Assembly (NCBI GenBank): GCA_947593925.1
Contig: CANQDU010000006.1
Location: forward strand, 41,938 to 105,937
Direction of reading: 5' to 3'
Length of the DNA stretch: 64,000 nt
Origin: an uncultured Clostridia bacterium
Lineage (GTDB): Bacteria > Bacillota > Clostridia > Oscillospirales > JAAYOS01
Shown here: positions 18,769-27,520 of the stretch, one piece after another
How the letters are laid out: each line of letters begins with the position of its first letter
Position numbering within the stretch: position 1 is the stretch's first letter
The notes under the pieces: generated by a model
What the model saw: only the letters and a program-made list of their open reading frames with translations
Told to the model about the DNA's origin: nothing
Databases searched by the model: none
Made by a program: the position numbers and the translations under genes

Positions 18769-18801
18769 TATCCGTCCGAAAGCACGGCTTTCGGACGGAT
18801 A
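18769..18801 (-). terminator. Hairpin terminator candidate after the histidine kinase gene
   Basis: A perfect 15-bp stem (TATCCGTCCGAAAGC / GCTTTCGGACGGATA) with a 3-nt loop. On the minus strand the T-run (CCTTTTTT) begins 12 nt after the stem. Confidence 0.5.
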
Positions 18802-18821
18802 CGTTTAAAAAGCCTCGTCTG

Positions 18822-19898
18822 TCAACGGACGTCGGGTAACTCAACAGTAAACCGGCACCCGCGCTCGGGGAGGTTTTCCACCGAAACCGTGCCGCCCGCG
18901 AGCAGGACTATCTGCTTGACGAGTGCGAGGCCGAGCCCGTTGCCCTCCTCGCGGTGAGAGCTGTCGGTCTGATAGAAGCGGTCAAAGACGTGCTTCTGCG
19001 CCTCCGGAGGGATGCCCGGACCCTCGTCCTCTACGGTAAAGACTATCCTGCCCTCCCGCCGCCCGAGGGATATGCGGACAGTTCCGCCCCTCGGCCCGAA
19101 CTTTATCGCGTTTTCTATCAGGTTCAGCCAGACGTGCTGCATCAGCGCCTCGCTGCCGGTGTACTCGACGGAGTCGAGTTCCACGTCAAACTCGGTCCCG
19201 CGCTCGGTCCAGCGCGGCTCGAGGGCGAGGATCGTCTGGCGTATCTGCTCGTCGAGGCTGTATGTGGAGGAGGACGGACGTATCTTCTGATTGTCCACCT
19301 TCGAGAGCAGGAGGATATTCCCGACAAGGCTCGAGAGGCGGCGGGTGTTGAAAAGTATCTTTTCAACGTACTCGGACTGCTCCTCGCTCATCGGCGCGCC
19401 GCCCTGGAGAAGAGTGGCGTAGCCCTCGATGGCGGTTATCGGCGTCTTGAACTCGTGGGAGACGTTTGAGACGAAGTCGGTCTGGAGTATCTCGGTGGCG
19501 CCGAGCTCCTGAGTCATGGTGTTGAAGTCGCCGTATATGCGGCGTACCTCGCGGAAGCCCTTGTCGGTGTCGAGACGTATGCTGAAGTCGCCCCCGGAGA
19601 CTCTGCTCATCGCGTCGCTGAGCTTCATTATCGGCCCGAGGAACCAGTGGCTTAGAAGCATGGAGATGACGCTGCCGAGGAAGATGCTGACGAGGATGAG
19701 CCAGACGACGTCCGGGATCTTCCGTGTTATCTCGAACAGTCTGTGCAGCAGCTCGACCACGCCGGAGCCGGCGGTGACGACCGCGAGCATAACGGCGAGT
19801 ATGAGCAGCGAGAACACGAAGCTCATACCGAAGCGGCTGCTCCTGCCCCTGCTCTGCCGTGTTTTCCGGGCGGCGCGCTTTTCGCTCTTTTCCTTCAT
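18822..19898 (-). CDS. Sensor histidine kinase (TM-HAMP-HisKA-HATPase)
   Basis: 358 aa. It has the H-box FVSNVSHEFKTPITAI and C-terminal N/G-boxes (NLIENAIKF, GNGLGLALV). The ATG overlaps the response-regulator stop (ATGA). Confidence 0.85.
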   Translation of the reverse strand: MKEKSEKRAARKTRQSRGRSSRFGMSFVFSLLILAVMLAVVTAGSGVVELLHRLFEITRKIPDVVWLILVSIFLGSVISMLLSHWFLGPIMKLSDAMSRVSGGDFSIRLDTDKGFREVRRIYGDFNTMTQELGATEILQTDFVSNVSHEFKTPITAIEGYATLLQGGAPMSEEQSEYVEKILFNTRRLSSLVGNILLLSKVDNQKIRPSSSTYSLDEQIRQTILALEPRWTERGTEFDVELDSVEYTGSEALMQHVWLNLIENAIKFGPRGGTVRISLGRREGRIVFTVEDEGPGIPPEAQKHVFDRFYQTDSSHREEGNGLGLALVKQIVLLAGGTVSVENLPERGCRFTVELPDVR

Positions 19899-20566
19899 AG
19901 CCGCACCACCTTGTAGCCTATCCCGCGCATGGTGACTATCTTGAAGTCGGGATTGTCGCGGAAGCGCTCGCGGAGACGCCCGATGTGGACGTCTATCGTG
20001 TGGGTGTCGCTCTCGTTGTCATAGCCCCATATCTCGTCCATAAGCTGGTGGCGGGTGAAGATGCGCCCGGGGAAGGACGCCATCTTGTAGAGCAGCATGA
20101 ACTCCTTCTGCGGAAGTATCAGCGTCTCCTGCGGAGTGACGACGGTGAGCGAATCGCACTCCATGACGGTGGAGCCTATCACGAGGCGGCGGTCGTTTAT
20201 CATCTGCGCGCGGCGGAGCAGCGCCCCGACGCGCAGCACCATCTCGTTGACGTTTACAGGCTTTACCATGTAGTCGTCGCTGCCCGAGAGAAAGCCGAGA
20301 CGCATGTCGTCAAACGCATCCTTTGCGGTTATCATCAGGACGGGGACGGTGCTGCCCGAGTCGCGCAGCTCGCGCACGAGCTCGTAGCCGTCCATGCGCG
20401 GCATCATGATGTCGGTTATGACGGCGTCGTAGTAGTCGGCCTCGAGCGCCTCAAGCGCTTCGCGTCCGTCGGACACGCCCTTCACGGCGTAGCCGTTCTT
20501 TATGAGGACGTGGATGAAGAGCTGACGTAGCTCACGGTCGTCCTCGGCGATAAGTATTTTCAGCAT
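19895..20566 (-). CDS. OmpR-family response regulator
   Basis: 223 aa. It has a receiver domain (ILIAEDD...DAVITDIMMPRMDG) and a winged-helix C-terminus (IDVHIGRLRERF...TMRGIGYKV). Confidence 0.9.
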   Translation of the reverse strand: MLKILIAEDDRELRQLFIHVLIKNGYAVKGVSDGREALEALEADYYDAVITDIMMPRMDGYELVRELRDSGSTVPVLMITAKDAFDDMRLGFLSGSDDYMVKPVNVNEMVLRVGALLRRAQMINDRRLVIGSTVMECDSLTVVTPQETLILPQKEFMLLYKMASFPGRIFTRHQLMDEIWGYDNESDTHTIDVHIGRLRERFRDNPDFKIVTMRGIGYKVVRL

Positions 20567-20586
20567 AGCTGTTCGTCACCCCGGTT

Positions 20587-21675
20587 TTATTCGGGCGTGT
20601 AGCCCGTGGTGCTGTCGATGACGACGGTGCGGGTCTCCGCGTCGTATGTGACGCCGAAGTCGAGCGCCGCCGCCAGATCCCGCAGCTTAAAGTAGTTGCT
20701 TCCGTTGATGAGACAGGAGAAAAGCGTCGCCTCCGCGCCGTCTATATATACCTTCGGGGAGGTAAGCGTGCCGGCGGAGGCGGGGGTGCGGTCCACGGCG
20801 TCCGGAGAGCCGTCATAGTCCTCGCCGGAGACGATGATAACCGCGCGGGCGACCGCGTCGTAATCCACGGAAAAGGCGGCGGGCGTGCCGCTGAGGAGAC
20901 CGGCGATGTCGCGTAGCAGGAAATAGTTGCTCCCGTCGATGAGATAGGCGGCAGGGAAGACCCGCGCGCCGTCGAGCAGGACCGCCTGCGGCGAGACCGT
21001 CACCGCGACCTCGACCGGCACCGTCGCCGGGGCGGGCGCGGCGGTCTCCTCCGGCACGGCGGGGACGAACGGAGTGTCCGGCTCGGCGGGGGTAAGCGGT
21101 ATCTCCGGCGAGGCCGGCGCCTCCGGCTCGGACGCCGCCACGGACGGCGTATTCGAAAAGTCCGGCAGACGGTAGACGTCGTAGTAGCTCGAGGGGAAGC
21201 GCACCTTGCGCTCGAAGGCGGTCTTTCCGCCGCTGTTGAAGTTCTGCTCGATGAGGGTTATCACGCCGTTCTCATAGCTCTTGACGAGCGCGGAATGCGG
21301 GTAGCTCTTGCCGCGCTTTTCGGCGGGCCAGTGGACGATGTCGCCGCGCCGCGGGGCGTCCGTGACACGGAAGAAGCCGCCGAGAGCCGTGAGCTCGTCG
21401 TAATATGTCCCGCGGGGATCGAGGTAGGGCGGCTTTGTGCCGACCCACATATCTACTCCGTACACCTCGGAGTAGTAGCGGGTGACAAGCTCGCTGCACG
21501 GGCGGTAGGGGTATGCCTTTACGCCGTCTATTTCGTCGTGCGAGAAGTTGGCGCCGCCGCCGGTCACCACCCATGTGCAGGACACCTGGTCCTCGAGCTC
21601 GCTCGCGAGCGCCGCGCAGGGAAGCGCGAGCGTGAGCGCGAGGAGCAGAGCCGCCAGGCGGAAGGTCTTCTTCAT
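20587..21675 (-). CDS. Secreted CHAP/NlpC-like amidase domain protein with two copper-amine-oxidase-N-like (stalk) repeats
   Basis: I chose the start at ATG 21675 (MKKTFRLAALLLALTLALPCAALA signal peptide). It has a Cys...His pattern (YRPCSELV; GDIVHW...YPHSALV). There are two C-terminal repeats (YLIDGSNYFLLRDIAGLL and CLINGSNYFKLRDLAAAL). Confidence 0.6.
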   Translation of the reverse strand: MKKTFRLAALLLALTLALPCAALASELEDQVSCTWVVTGGGANFSHDEIDGVKAYPYRPCSELVTRYYSEVYGVDMWVGTKPPYLDPRGTYYDELTALGGFFRVTDAPRRGDIVHWPAEKRGKSYPHSALVKSYENGVITLIEQNFNSGGKTAFERKVRFPSSYYDVYRLPDFSNTPSVAASEPEAPASPEIPLTPAEPDTPFVPAVPEETAAPAPATVPVEVAVTVSPQAVLLDGARVFPAAYLIDGSNYFLLRDIAGLLSGTPAAFSVDYDAVARAVIIVSGEDYDGSPDAVDRTPASAGTLTSPKVYIDGAEATLFSCLINGSNYFKLRDLAAALDFGVTYDAETRTVVIDSTTGYTPE

Positions 21676-21784
21676 ATCTTTTCCTCCGTGTCGGAAAATA
21701 TCGGCGCGCAAAACCGCGCACGATGCGGATTATAATCAGATTTTATACCTTTCGGGGGAAAAGGTCAAGTGCGGGACAGGGAAA

Positions 21785-21813
21785 GGGCGGCGGAGAAATT
21801 ACCTCCGCCGCCC
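21785..21813 (-). terminator. Hairpin terminator candidate after the choloylglycine hydrolase gene
   Basis: An 11-bp GC stem (GGGCGGCGGAG / CTCCGCCGCCC) with a 7-nt loop. On the minus strand it is followed by CTTTCCCTGT. Confidence 0.45.
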
Positions 21814-21841
21814 CGGTGGCCGTCTGACGGCGAACCGCGCT

Positions 21842-22819
21842 TCAGCGGTTCTCAAAGCGGATGTCCTGCCCGGTGCGGAGCTCGTACGAGACGAGCGCGT
21901 CCGAGTCGAGGTCTTCCGCGTGCATATCCACCGCGTTTATGCGGCTGTTTTCGTAGGTGGTGTAGTAGTAGATGCCCTTGTCGGTGTTGCAGCAGGAGGA
22001 ATATATCGTTATCTCGTACTTGTCTCCGCCGAGGTGGACAAGCCCGCGCTGCTGCTCGACCGACGCGAGGATGTGGAAGAACTGGCTGACGCTCTCACTC
22101 TCGCCCTCGCCCGAAATCGAGTTTGCGCGGGTGAACGCCGCCTTGACAAAGCGCGAGGCGCTCGAGAGGTCGCCGGGAAGCCCCATCGCGGCAAGACCCT
22201 TGCTGTACCTGTCCATCGGCACGGACGGCGCGAAGGAGTTCTCGGCGGGCTCTGCGGAGAGGGTCATGTAGTTGGAGAGGTTTATGCGGTGGTAGTCAAA
22301 CGGCGGGTTGTTTGTGAGGACGCCCACCGGGTTCTCGTATATCTTCAGCCCCTCGCGCGTGCTCTCGATGACGAGCGACTCCTCGCGGTCGGAGAGCATC
22401 CAGTGCAGGTCGGAGGGCGGCATGCCCTCCGCAAACGCGATGTTTGCGATGTTAAGGCGGTCGAGAAGCGGGCGCGCCTCCTGCACGCTCGCGCACTGTC
22501 CGAGTATCCACGGGATGAGCTCGAAGGAGGCGACGTTGTCCTTCCCGTCCTCCACGGGGAAGTAATAGGCGTTGTTCCAGAACGCGAGCCCCGCCACGCT
22601 GAGACCCTTTTCGTTCGTCGCGTCGTAGTAGAGCGGGTAGCCGTCCTGAACGAACGCCATGCCTATCATGGCGTAGTGGGTCTTCATCTCGCCCGCGCTG
22701 CGGAAGCGGAAGGGGTAGTTCCTCGGCGTGACGGTGACGGTCTCGGTGTAGGAATACTCGAGGTCGAGGTTGCGTCCGAAGTAGAAATCGCGTGTCTTGT
22801 AAACGGCGGCGGTGCACAT
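21842..22819 (-). CDS. bsh: Choloylglycine hydrolase family (bile salt hydrolase / linear amide C-N hydrolase)
   Basis: 325 aa. It has the N-terminal nucleophile MCT plus FGRNLD, GLPGD.SSASRF and KGIYYYTTYENSRINAVDM, motifs recalled from Clostridium perfringens CBAH. Confidence 0.85.
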   Translation of the reverse strand: MCTAAVYKTRDFYFGRNLDLEYSYTETVTVTPRNYPFRFRSAGEMKTHYAMIGMAFVQDGYPLYYDATNEKGLSVAGLAFWNNAYYFPVEDGKDNVASFELIPWILGQCASVQEARPLLDRLNIANIAFAEGMPPSDLHWMLSDREESLVIESTREGLKIYENPVGVLTNNPPFDYHRINLSNYMTLSAEPAENSFAPSVPMDRYSKGLAAMGLPGDLSSASRFVKAAFTRANSISGEGESESVSQFFHILASVEQQRGLVHLGGDKYEITIYSSCCNTDKGIYYYTTYENSRINAVDMHAEDLDSDALVSYELRTGQDIRFENR

Positions 22820-22855
22820 AACGGTTCCTCCTTTTGTTGTTTGGATGTCTCTTCC

Positions 22856-22884
22856 ATTTTAGCACACGGCGGTGGCGGATGCAA
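22856..22884 (-). promoter_or_regulatory. Sigma-70-type promoter TTGCAT-17-TAAAAT with TG extension for the hydrolase gene
   Basis: On the minus strand, TTGCAT is at 22879-22884, followed by a 17-nt spacer and TGcTAAAAT (22856-22864). The leader to ATG 22819 is ~30 nt and contains AAAGGAGG. Confidence 0.6.
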
Positions 22885-22923
22885 TATTGTCTTTATTATG
22901 CGCACAAAAGCAGCGTATATCGC

Positions 22924-23747
22924 GGGCAGAGCCCATACCCGAATAGCGGGGAAGCCCCGCGGGTATTCGCGGGGGTGACCCCGCGTCCCTAGGTAGAGCG
23001 GAGCTCTACCGACACATTGCGGGGGCGCTGCCCCCGCACCCCCGGCGGGGCTGTGCCGCCCCGCACCCCTGCATTACTTTTTGCTCGCGCAAAAAGTAAT
23101 CAAAAAGCGCGCTTAAGGGAGAGGGCTTTGCCCTCTCCCTTAAAAATCCCTCTCCCAATACAGACACAACACCATTACCCACATAACAGGGCACACTCTG
23201 TATCCAACAAATCCATCATCCGACTGGGTGAGTTTCTGGGGAGAATATCAAACTTTCCTACTATATCGACGACATCGAACAGTTCCTGCGTAGTAGATAC
23301 AAAAAATTCGGTCCTACGCTCACACTATAAGCGTAATGCAGAGGCTATCCCAAGAAAACGGAACTTTCGGTTCTAGTGGAGAGTATGAGCGTGGACACTG
23401 ATACTAAGCTACGTACGGACGCCCTGCGTGGCAGAGACCTTCCGATTAAGGAAAGAGGGGTACAAAGGGGAGAAAACCTAAGGTTTTCTCCCCTTTGTGT
23501 GCTTTTTGGTTACTTTTTGCACAAGCAAAAAGTAACGCGGGGCGCGGGGATGCAATCCCCGCATGGTGCCGGTAGAGCTCCGCTCTACCAAGGACGCGGG
23601 GCTCGCCCCGCAGATTCCTGCGGGGCTTGCCCCGCAGATTCCTGCGGGGTCTTCCCCGCTATACGGGTGTGGGCTCTGCCCACTTGCCCGCGGGGCTTCC
23701 CGCTGGAGGGGGCACAGCCCCGCAAAAGGGGGCGGGCTTTGCCCGCT
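22924..23747 (+). repeat. Composite repeat element, copy B (same orientation as copy C)
   Basis: Hairpin-array arms are at 22924-23160 and 23459-23747, and the conserved core at 23161-23458. It fills the whole intergenic space between the hydrolase promoter and the stop codon of the large kinase. Confidence 0.85.
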
Positions 23748-23751
23748 GATT

Positions 23752-26700
23752 TTACTGCTCCTTGATGGCGTTTCCTCCCCATATGCCCTCGTTTATGAGC
23801 ACGAAATTGTTGATGCCGCCGGTGAAGATATTTCCGTTGTTGACAACTCTGCCGTAATTTCTCAGCTCGCCGTAAGAGAACTCCGTGCGAGCCTCGTTGG
23901 TAAACGTCGAGCCCGGGTCCAGAACCAGATTTCCGCCCACCCGAAGATGGCTGTGGTTGACAAACGAGCTGCTGATGCTGTAGTCATGACAGATCTCGCC
24001 GTCCAATGCCATATACCCGAAGTTTTCGACCGGAGCCGCCAGATGCGTTTTGGCGTTGAGGCTTACGGAACCGTAGTTTGTAAGCCTGCCCGGCCCCTGC
24101 GTGTCAAGGCCCGCGGCGATCAGCCGTCCCGCTTCCCCGATGACGATGTTGGCATTCGTACTCATGCTCGCGCTCAGGAGTATGCCGCCGCTGTCAACGG
24201 AGATCACGCTTCCGGCCTGCATTTCTACGGGAATAAGGGTATACGCCATAGAATTGTTCGTTACCGTCAACTCGCCGCAAAGGGTGATAAAGTTGCTGTC
24301 GTACAGCCGGGAGTCATCGGTGACGGTTATGGCGCCGCCGTTGAGGCGTATCGGCCCGTTAACTTCGCATGCGGAACCGCCGGAAATGACAAGGTCTCCG
24401 CCGCCCGTCAGATCCAGCCTCGGAACATTCTCATTAGGGTCATCGCCGCAGCCTACGGCCAGGAACGCCCCGTCCGTAATGCGGACTCCGCCGGCTCGGA
24501 CAATTCCTCCGCTGATATCTGCTATGCCTCCCGTGACCGTCAGCGTGCCGGTCACGTTCAGCGTGCCGGCGTAAACAGCGAGATCCGTCTCCACTGTCAG
24601 GTCGCCGTCTATCGTAATATCTCCTGCCACTTGGATGCCGTCGCTGCCGGACGCCATGGCAAGCAGCGTCTCCGCGTCGGTTACGGGAACAACCTCATTC
24701 TCTATCCATCTGCGCACGAACTGCCGGCAGTCCCCGTCCTTGTTGAGCGTGTCCCACGCGGCTGCGGCGTTTCCATCTTCATAGAAGACTATTCCGCCGT
24801 GTATCTGCCCGTCGCCGGAGGTGGCAACGCACCCGGCCGGGTCAGTAATCGTTCCGCTGACGTTTTTGAGATCGCCCGTTACCGTCGTGGGTCCGCAGCT
24901 TTTGATATTTCCGGAGTTCCAGCCGTTGCCAAAGACAGCCGTACCGAAGTTACAAACCGTCGAAGCGCCCTGCAGAGAGAAGCCGCCATTGTCAAAGTCG
25001 CCGCCCAGCTCAAGCTCGCCGATATTAAATACTGTGACGAATGCATCCAGCACGAACGCTAACCCTGCGTCTGCCCGGTGCTCCGGGTTTGCGGACAGCT
25101 TCCCGCAGTTTATCAGAAATCCCGAGTGGATGTTCAGGTTCTGCGGATACATGCCGCCCTGATTGAGTAAAAGGGGCATGTCCCAGAAGTCGATGTTGCC
25201 CATTTCTACTGCGGTTCCGTCGTTGACGGTCCCGCTGTTGACAAACAGGTCGCCTTCAAGCACATGTATTTTTATCGACTCGGATATGACGCCGCGGTTC
25301 ACCAGAGCACGGTTGATGAACAGATTCGCGTCGCCGGTGACGGTCGCGTTCTCGCTGATAAGGAGCGGGCCGCTGAAATAGTAATCACCGCTGAGGCTGA
25401 TGTCGCCGTCGATAGCGACCAGCCTGCCGCTTATCGCGGCGTTCCTGAGCACGCCCTCGTCCGTGACGTAGTCGGCGTTCTCAAAGGCTTTGTCCTCGTC
25501 TAAGACAAAGAAGTTCATATCGTCGGGCATCGGCGAGCCGTCCTCTATGGCAAAGTCGGAGCTGTCCGCGACCCACAGAACGATGCCCTCCGCAATGTAT
25601 CCGTCGCTCGTGCGTGTCAGCTTGCCGCCGTTGCGGGTGCGGATAAACCCACCCTCGCCTTCGACACGGTCGACAAGAAGACCCGACCCCTCGCCGTTCA
25701 CGGTGATAACTCCGCCGTTCAGCCTTAAAACGCCGTAAAATTCCGACTCGGCGGATATCTGCACGTCGCCGGAGGTCACCTCGCATCCGCCGTGTACGAC
25801 GACCGGCTTTGTGATGTTGAGCGACTCGTCCAGACGGAGAGCCTGGTCTCCGCTGTATACCACGGAGGAATACGCATTGTCGTCTGTCAGATACGCGATA
25901 AACTGATCCGCGTCGTAGGCGATAACTTCTCCGCCGTCGTTGCCGTTTGTGCCGCTGTCCGCCTGTTCTTCGCTGACCGGCTTGTGCGTAGGCACCGACG
26001 AATACGTTGACGTGGGCTCGGTAACCGGTGGCGCGCTCGGGCTTGCTTCACCTCTGCTGCCGAGAGTGATGCCGAGCGTCACGCCGAGCACCGCCAGAAC
26101 TGCCGCCGCCGCGGCGCCGATTTTGAAAATGAGATTTTTTCGGGGTTCAGGCGGCGGCACCTGCTTTTGCCATCCGGAGTAAAGCTTGACGTCCGATGTG
26201 ACCGTGAGCTCCTTCAGCGGCTTGGTGCAGGCCGAATCGGTGTACCATCCGAGGAAAGTGTACCCCTTCTTTATCGGAACGGGGAGCTCCGACGCCTTCA
26301 GCACGTCGCCCTTGGCGACAGAAAGCTCCGTATTCTCGTCCCCGCCGGTGAGGTAGACGGACACCACGCCCTCATAGAGCGCCGTGTGGAATTCCTTTGC
26401 GGACTGGAACCGTTCCCTCGGCTGTACCCTCAGAGCGCGCAGTATAGCCTGCTCCTGCCCCTGGGACAGCTCCGCGCCGAGCTTTCTCGGAGGGATAAGC
26501 TCGTCCTGGAAGAGGCGGTCCATGGCCTGAGGAGGCTTCTTGCCGGTGATACAGTAGTAAATGGTCGCCGCGAGCGCGTAGACGTCCGTCCACGCGCCCT
26601 GCGCGCCGCTCGAGGACTGGTACTGCTCCAGCGGCGCATATCCGTGCCGGAGCATGATGGTCATGGTGGCGTCGCCGTCTACCGCCTCGCGGGCGCACCC

Positions 26701-27360
26701 GAAGTCGAGCAGCTTGATTATGCCGTGCTCGAGCATGAGGTTATCCGGGCTGATGTCCCGATGGATAAGCCCCAGATCGTGCATGGCGGAAAGAGAATCA
26801 AAGAGCGGCTCGATTATGTGCAGCAGTTCCCACGCCGGCAATACGCCGCCCCGCTGCTTTGTCAGCTCGCTCAACGTCGTTCCGTCGATGAACTCCATGA
26901 CTATGTAGGCGGTGGAGTTCTCTTCAAAGAAGTCCCTGACGCCGACTATGTTCGGCAGCCGGTCCAGCCTCGCCATGGTTCGGGCCTCCTGCAGGAAGCG
27001 CTGTTTTCCGCGCTCGAAGAAGCTGTTATTCGAGCCCAGAAAGTTATCCACGTTGGTAGATACCGCGCTGTTTCTGGTGGCCTTGTCGGTGGGGAAGTAT
27101 TCCTTTACGGCCACCTTCAGGCCGAGGACCATGTCCCGGCCTATGTAGGTGATGCCGAAGCCGCCCTCTCCGAGGACCCTGCCAAGCATATATCGGTCCC
27201 GGAGCACCGTGCCGGCCGGCAGATGCTTCGGCTGCGCTACGTAGCTTCCCGCCGTGAGCCCGCAGCAGGGACACGGCTTATCGCCCTCCACCTGCGACAT
27301 GCAGTACGGGCAGTATTCCGCCTGCGCAGTGTTTCCGTGCTCTTCTATATCCGGAGTCAT
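23752..27360 (-). CDS. Membrane Ser/Thr protein kinase: N-terminal zinc ribbon, Hanks kinase, Listeria-Bacteroides-repeat-like module, TM, ~770-aa repeat-rich ectodomain
   Basis: 1202 aa. Motifs are CPYC..CPCC, the Gly loop GEGGFGITY, VAVKEY, HRDISPDN, DFG and GYAPLEQY. GYTFLGWYTDS occurs before the TM (IFKIGAAAAAVLAVLGVTLGITLG). The C-terminal part is rich in short G/N/V/T repeats suggesting a beta-helix. Confidence 0.85.
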   Translation of the reverse strand: MTPDIEEHGNTAQAEYCPYCMSQVEGDKPCPCCGLTAGSYVAQPKHLPAGTVLRDRYMLGRVLGEGGFGITYIGRDMVLGLKVAVKEYFPTDKATRNSAVSTNVDNFLGSNNSFFERGKQRFLQEARTMARLDRLPNIVGVRDFFEENSTAYIVMEFIDGTTLSELTKQRGGVLPAWELLHIIEPLFDSLSAMHDLGLIHRDISPDNLMLEHGIIKLLDFGCAREAVDGDATMTIMLRHGYAPLEQYQSSSGAQGAWTDVYALAATIYYCITGKKPPQAMDRLFQDELIPPRKLGAELSQGQEQAILRALRVQPRERFQSAKEFHTALYEGVVSVYLTGGDENTELSVAKGDVLKASELPVPIKKGYTFLGWYTDSACTKPLKELTVTSDVKLYSGWQKQVPPPEPRKNLIFKIGAAAAAVLAVLGVTLGITLGSRGEASPSAPPVTEPTSTYSSVPTHKPVSEEQADSGTNGNDGGEVIAYDADQFIAYLTDDNAYSSVVYSGDQALRLDESLNITKPVVVHGGCEVTSGDVQISAESEFYGVLRLNGGVITVNGEGSGLLVDRVEGEGGFIRTRNGGKLTRTSDGYIAEGIVLWVADSSDFAIEDGSPMPDDMNFFVLDEDKAFENADYVTDEGVLRNAAISGRLVAIDGDISLSGDYYFSGPLLISENATVTGDANLFINRALVNRGVISESIKIHVLEGDLFVNSGTVNDGTAVEMGNIDFWDMPLLLNQGGMYPQNLNIHSGFLINCGKLSANPEHRADAGLAFVLDAFVTVFNIGELELGGDFDNGGFSLQGASTVCNFGTAVFGNGWNSGNIKSCGPTTVTGDLKNVSGTITDPAGCVATSGDGQIHGGIVFYEDGNAAAAWDTLNKDGDCRQFVRRWIENEVVPVTDAETLLAMASGSDGIQVAGDITIDGDLTVETDLAVYAGTLNVTGTLTVTGGIADISGGIVRAGGVRITDGAFLAVGCGDDPNENVPRLDLTGGGDLVISGGSACEVNGPIRLNGGAITVTDDSRLYDSNFITLCGELTVTNNSMAYTLIPVEMQAGSVISVDSGGILLSASMSTNANIVIGEAGRLIAAGLDTQGPGRLTNYGSVSLNAKTHLAAPVENFGYMALDGEICHDYSISSSFVNHSHLRVGGNLVLDPGSTFTNEARTEFSYGELRNYGRVVNNGNIFTGGINNFVLINEGIWGGNAIKEQ

Positions 27361-27520
27361 AAAGTGCTTCGTCCTCCCTTTCTGGTGAATTCAGACGCCG
27401 TGCGGCGGCGTCCGGCCCGGAGAAGGCCCCGCCGGACATGCGGATGCGTGCCGGCAGATCGTCTGTCCGGGCGCGGAGCGCCCGCCGGTCTTCCGTTTAC
27501 GGCATGCCGGATACCGCGCC

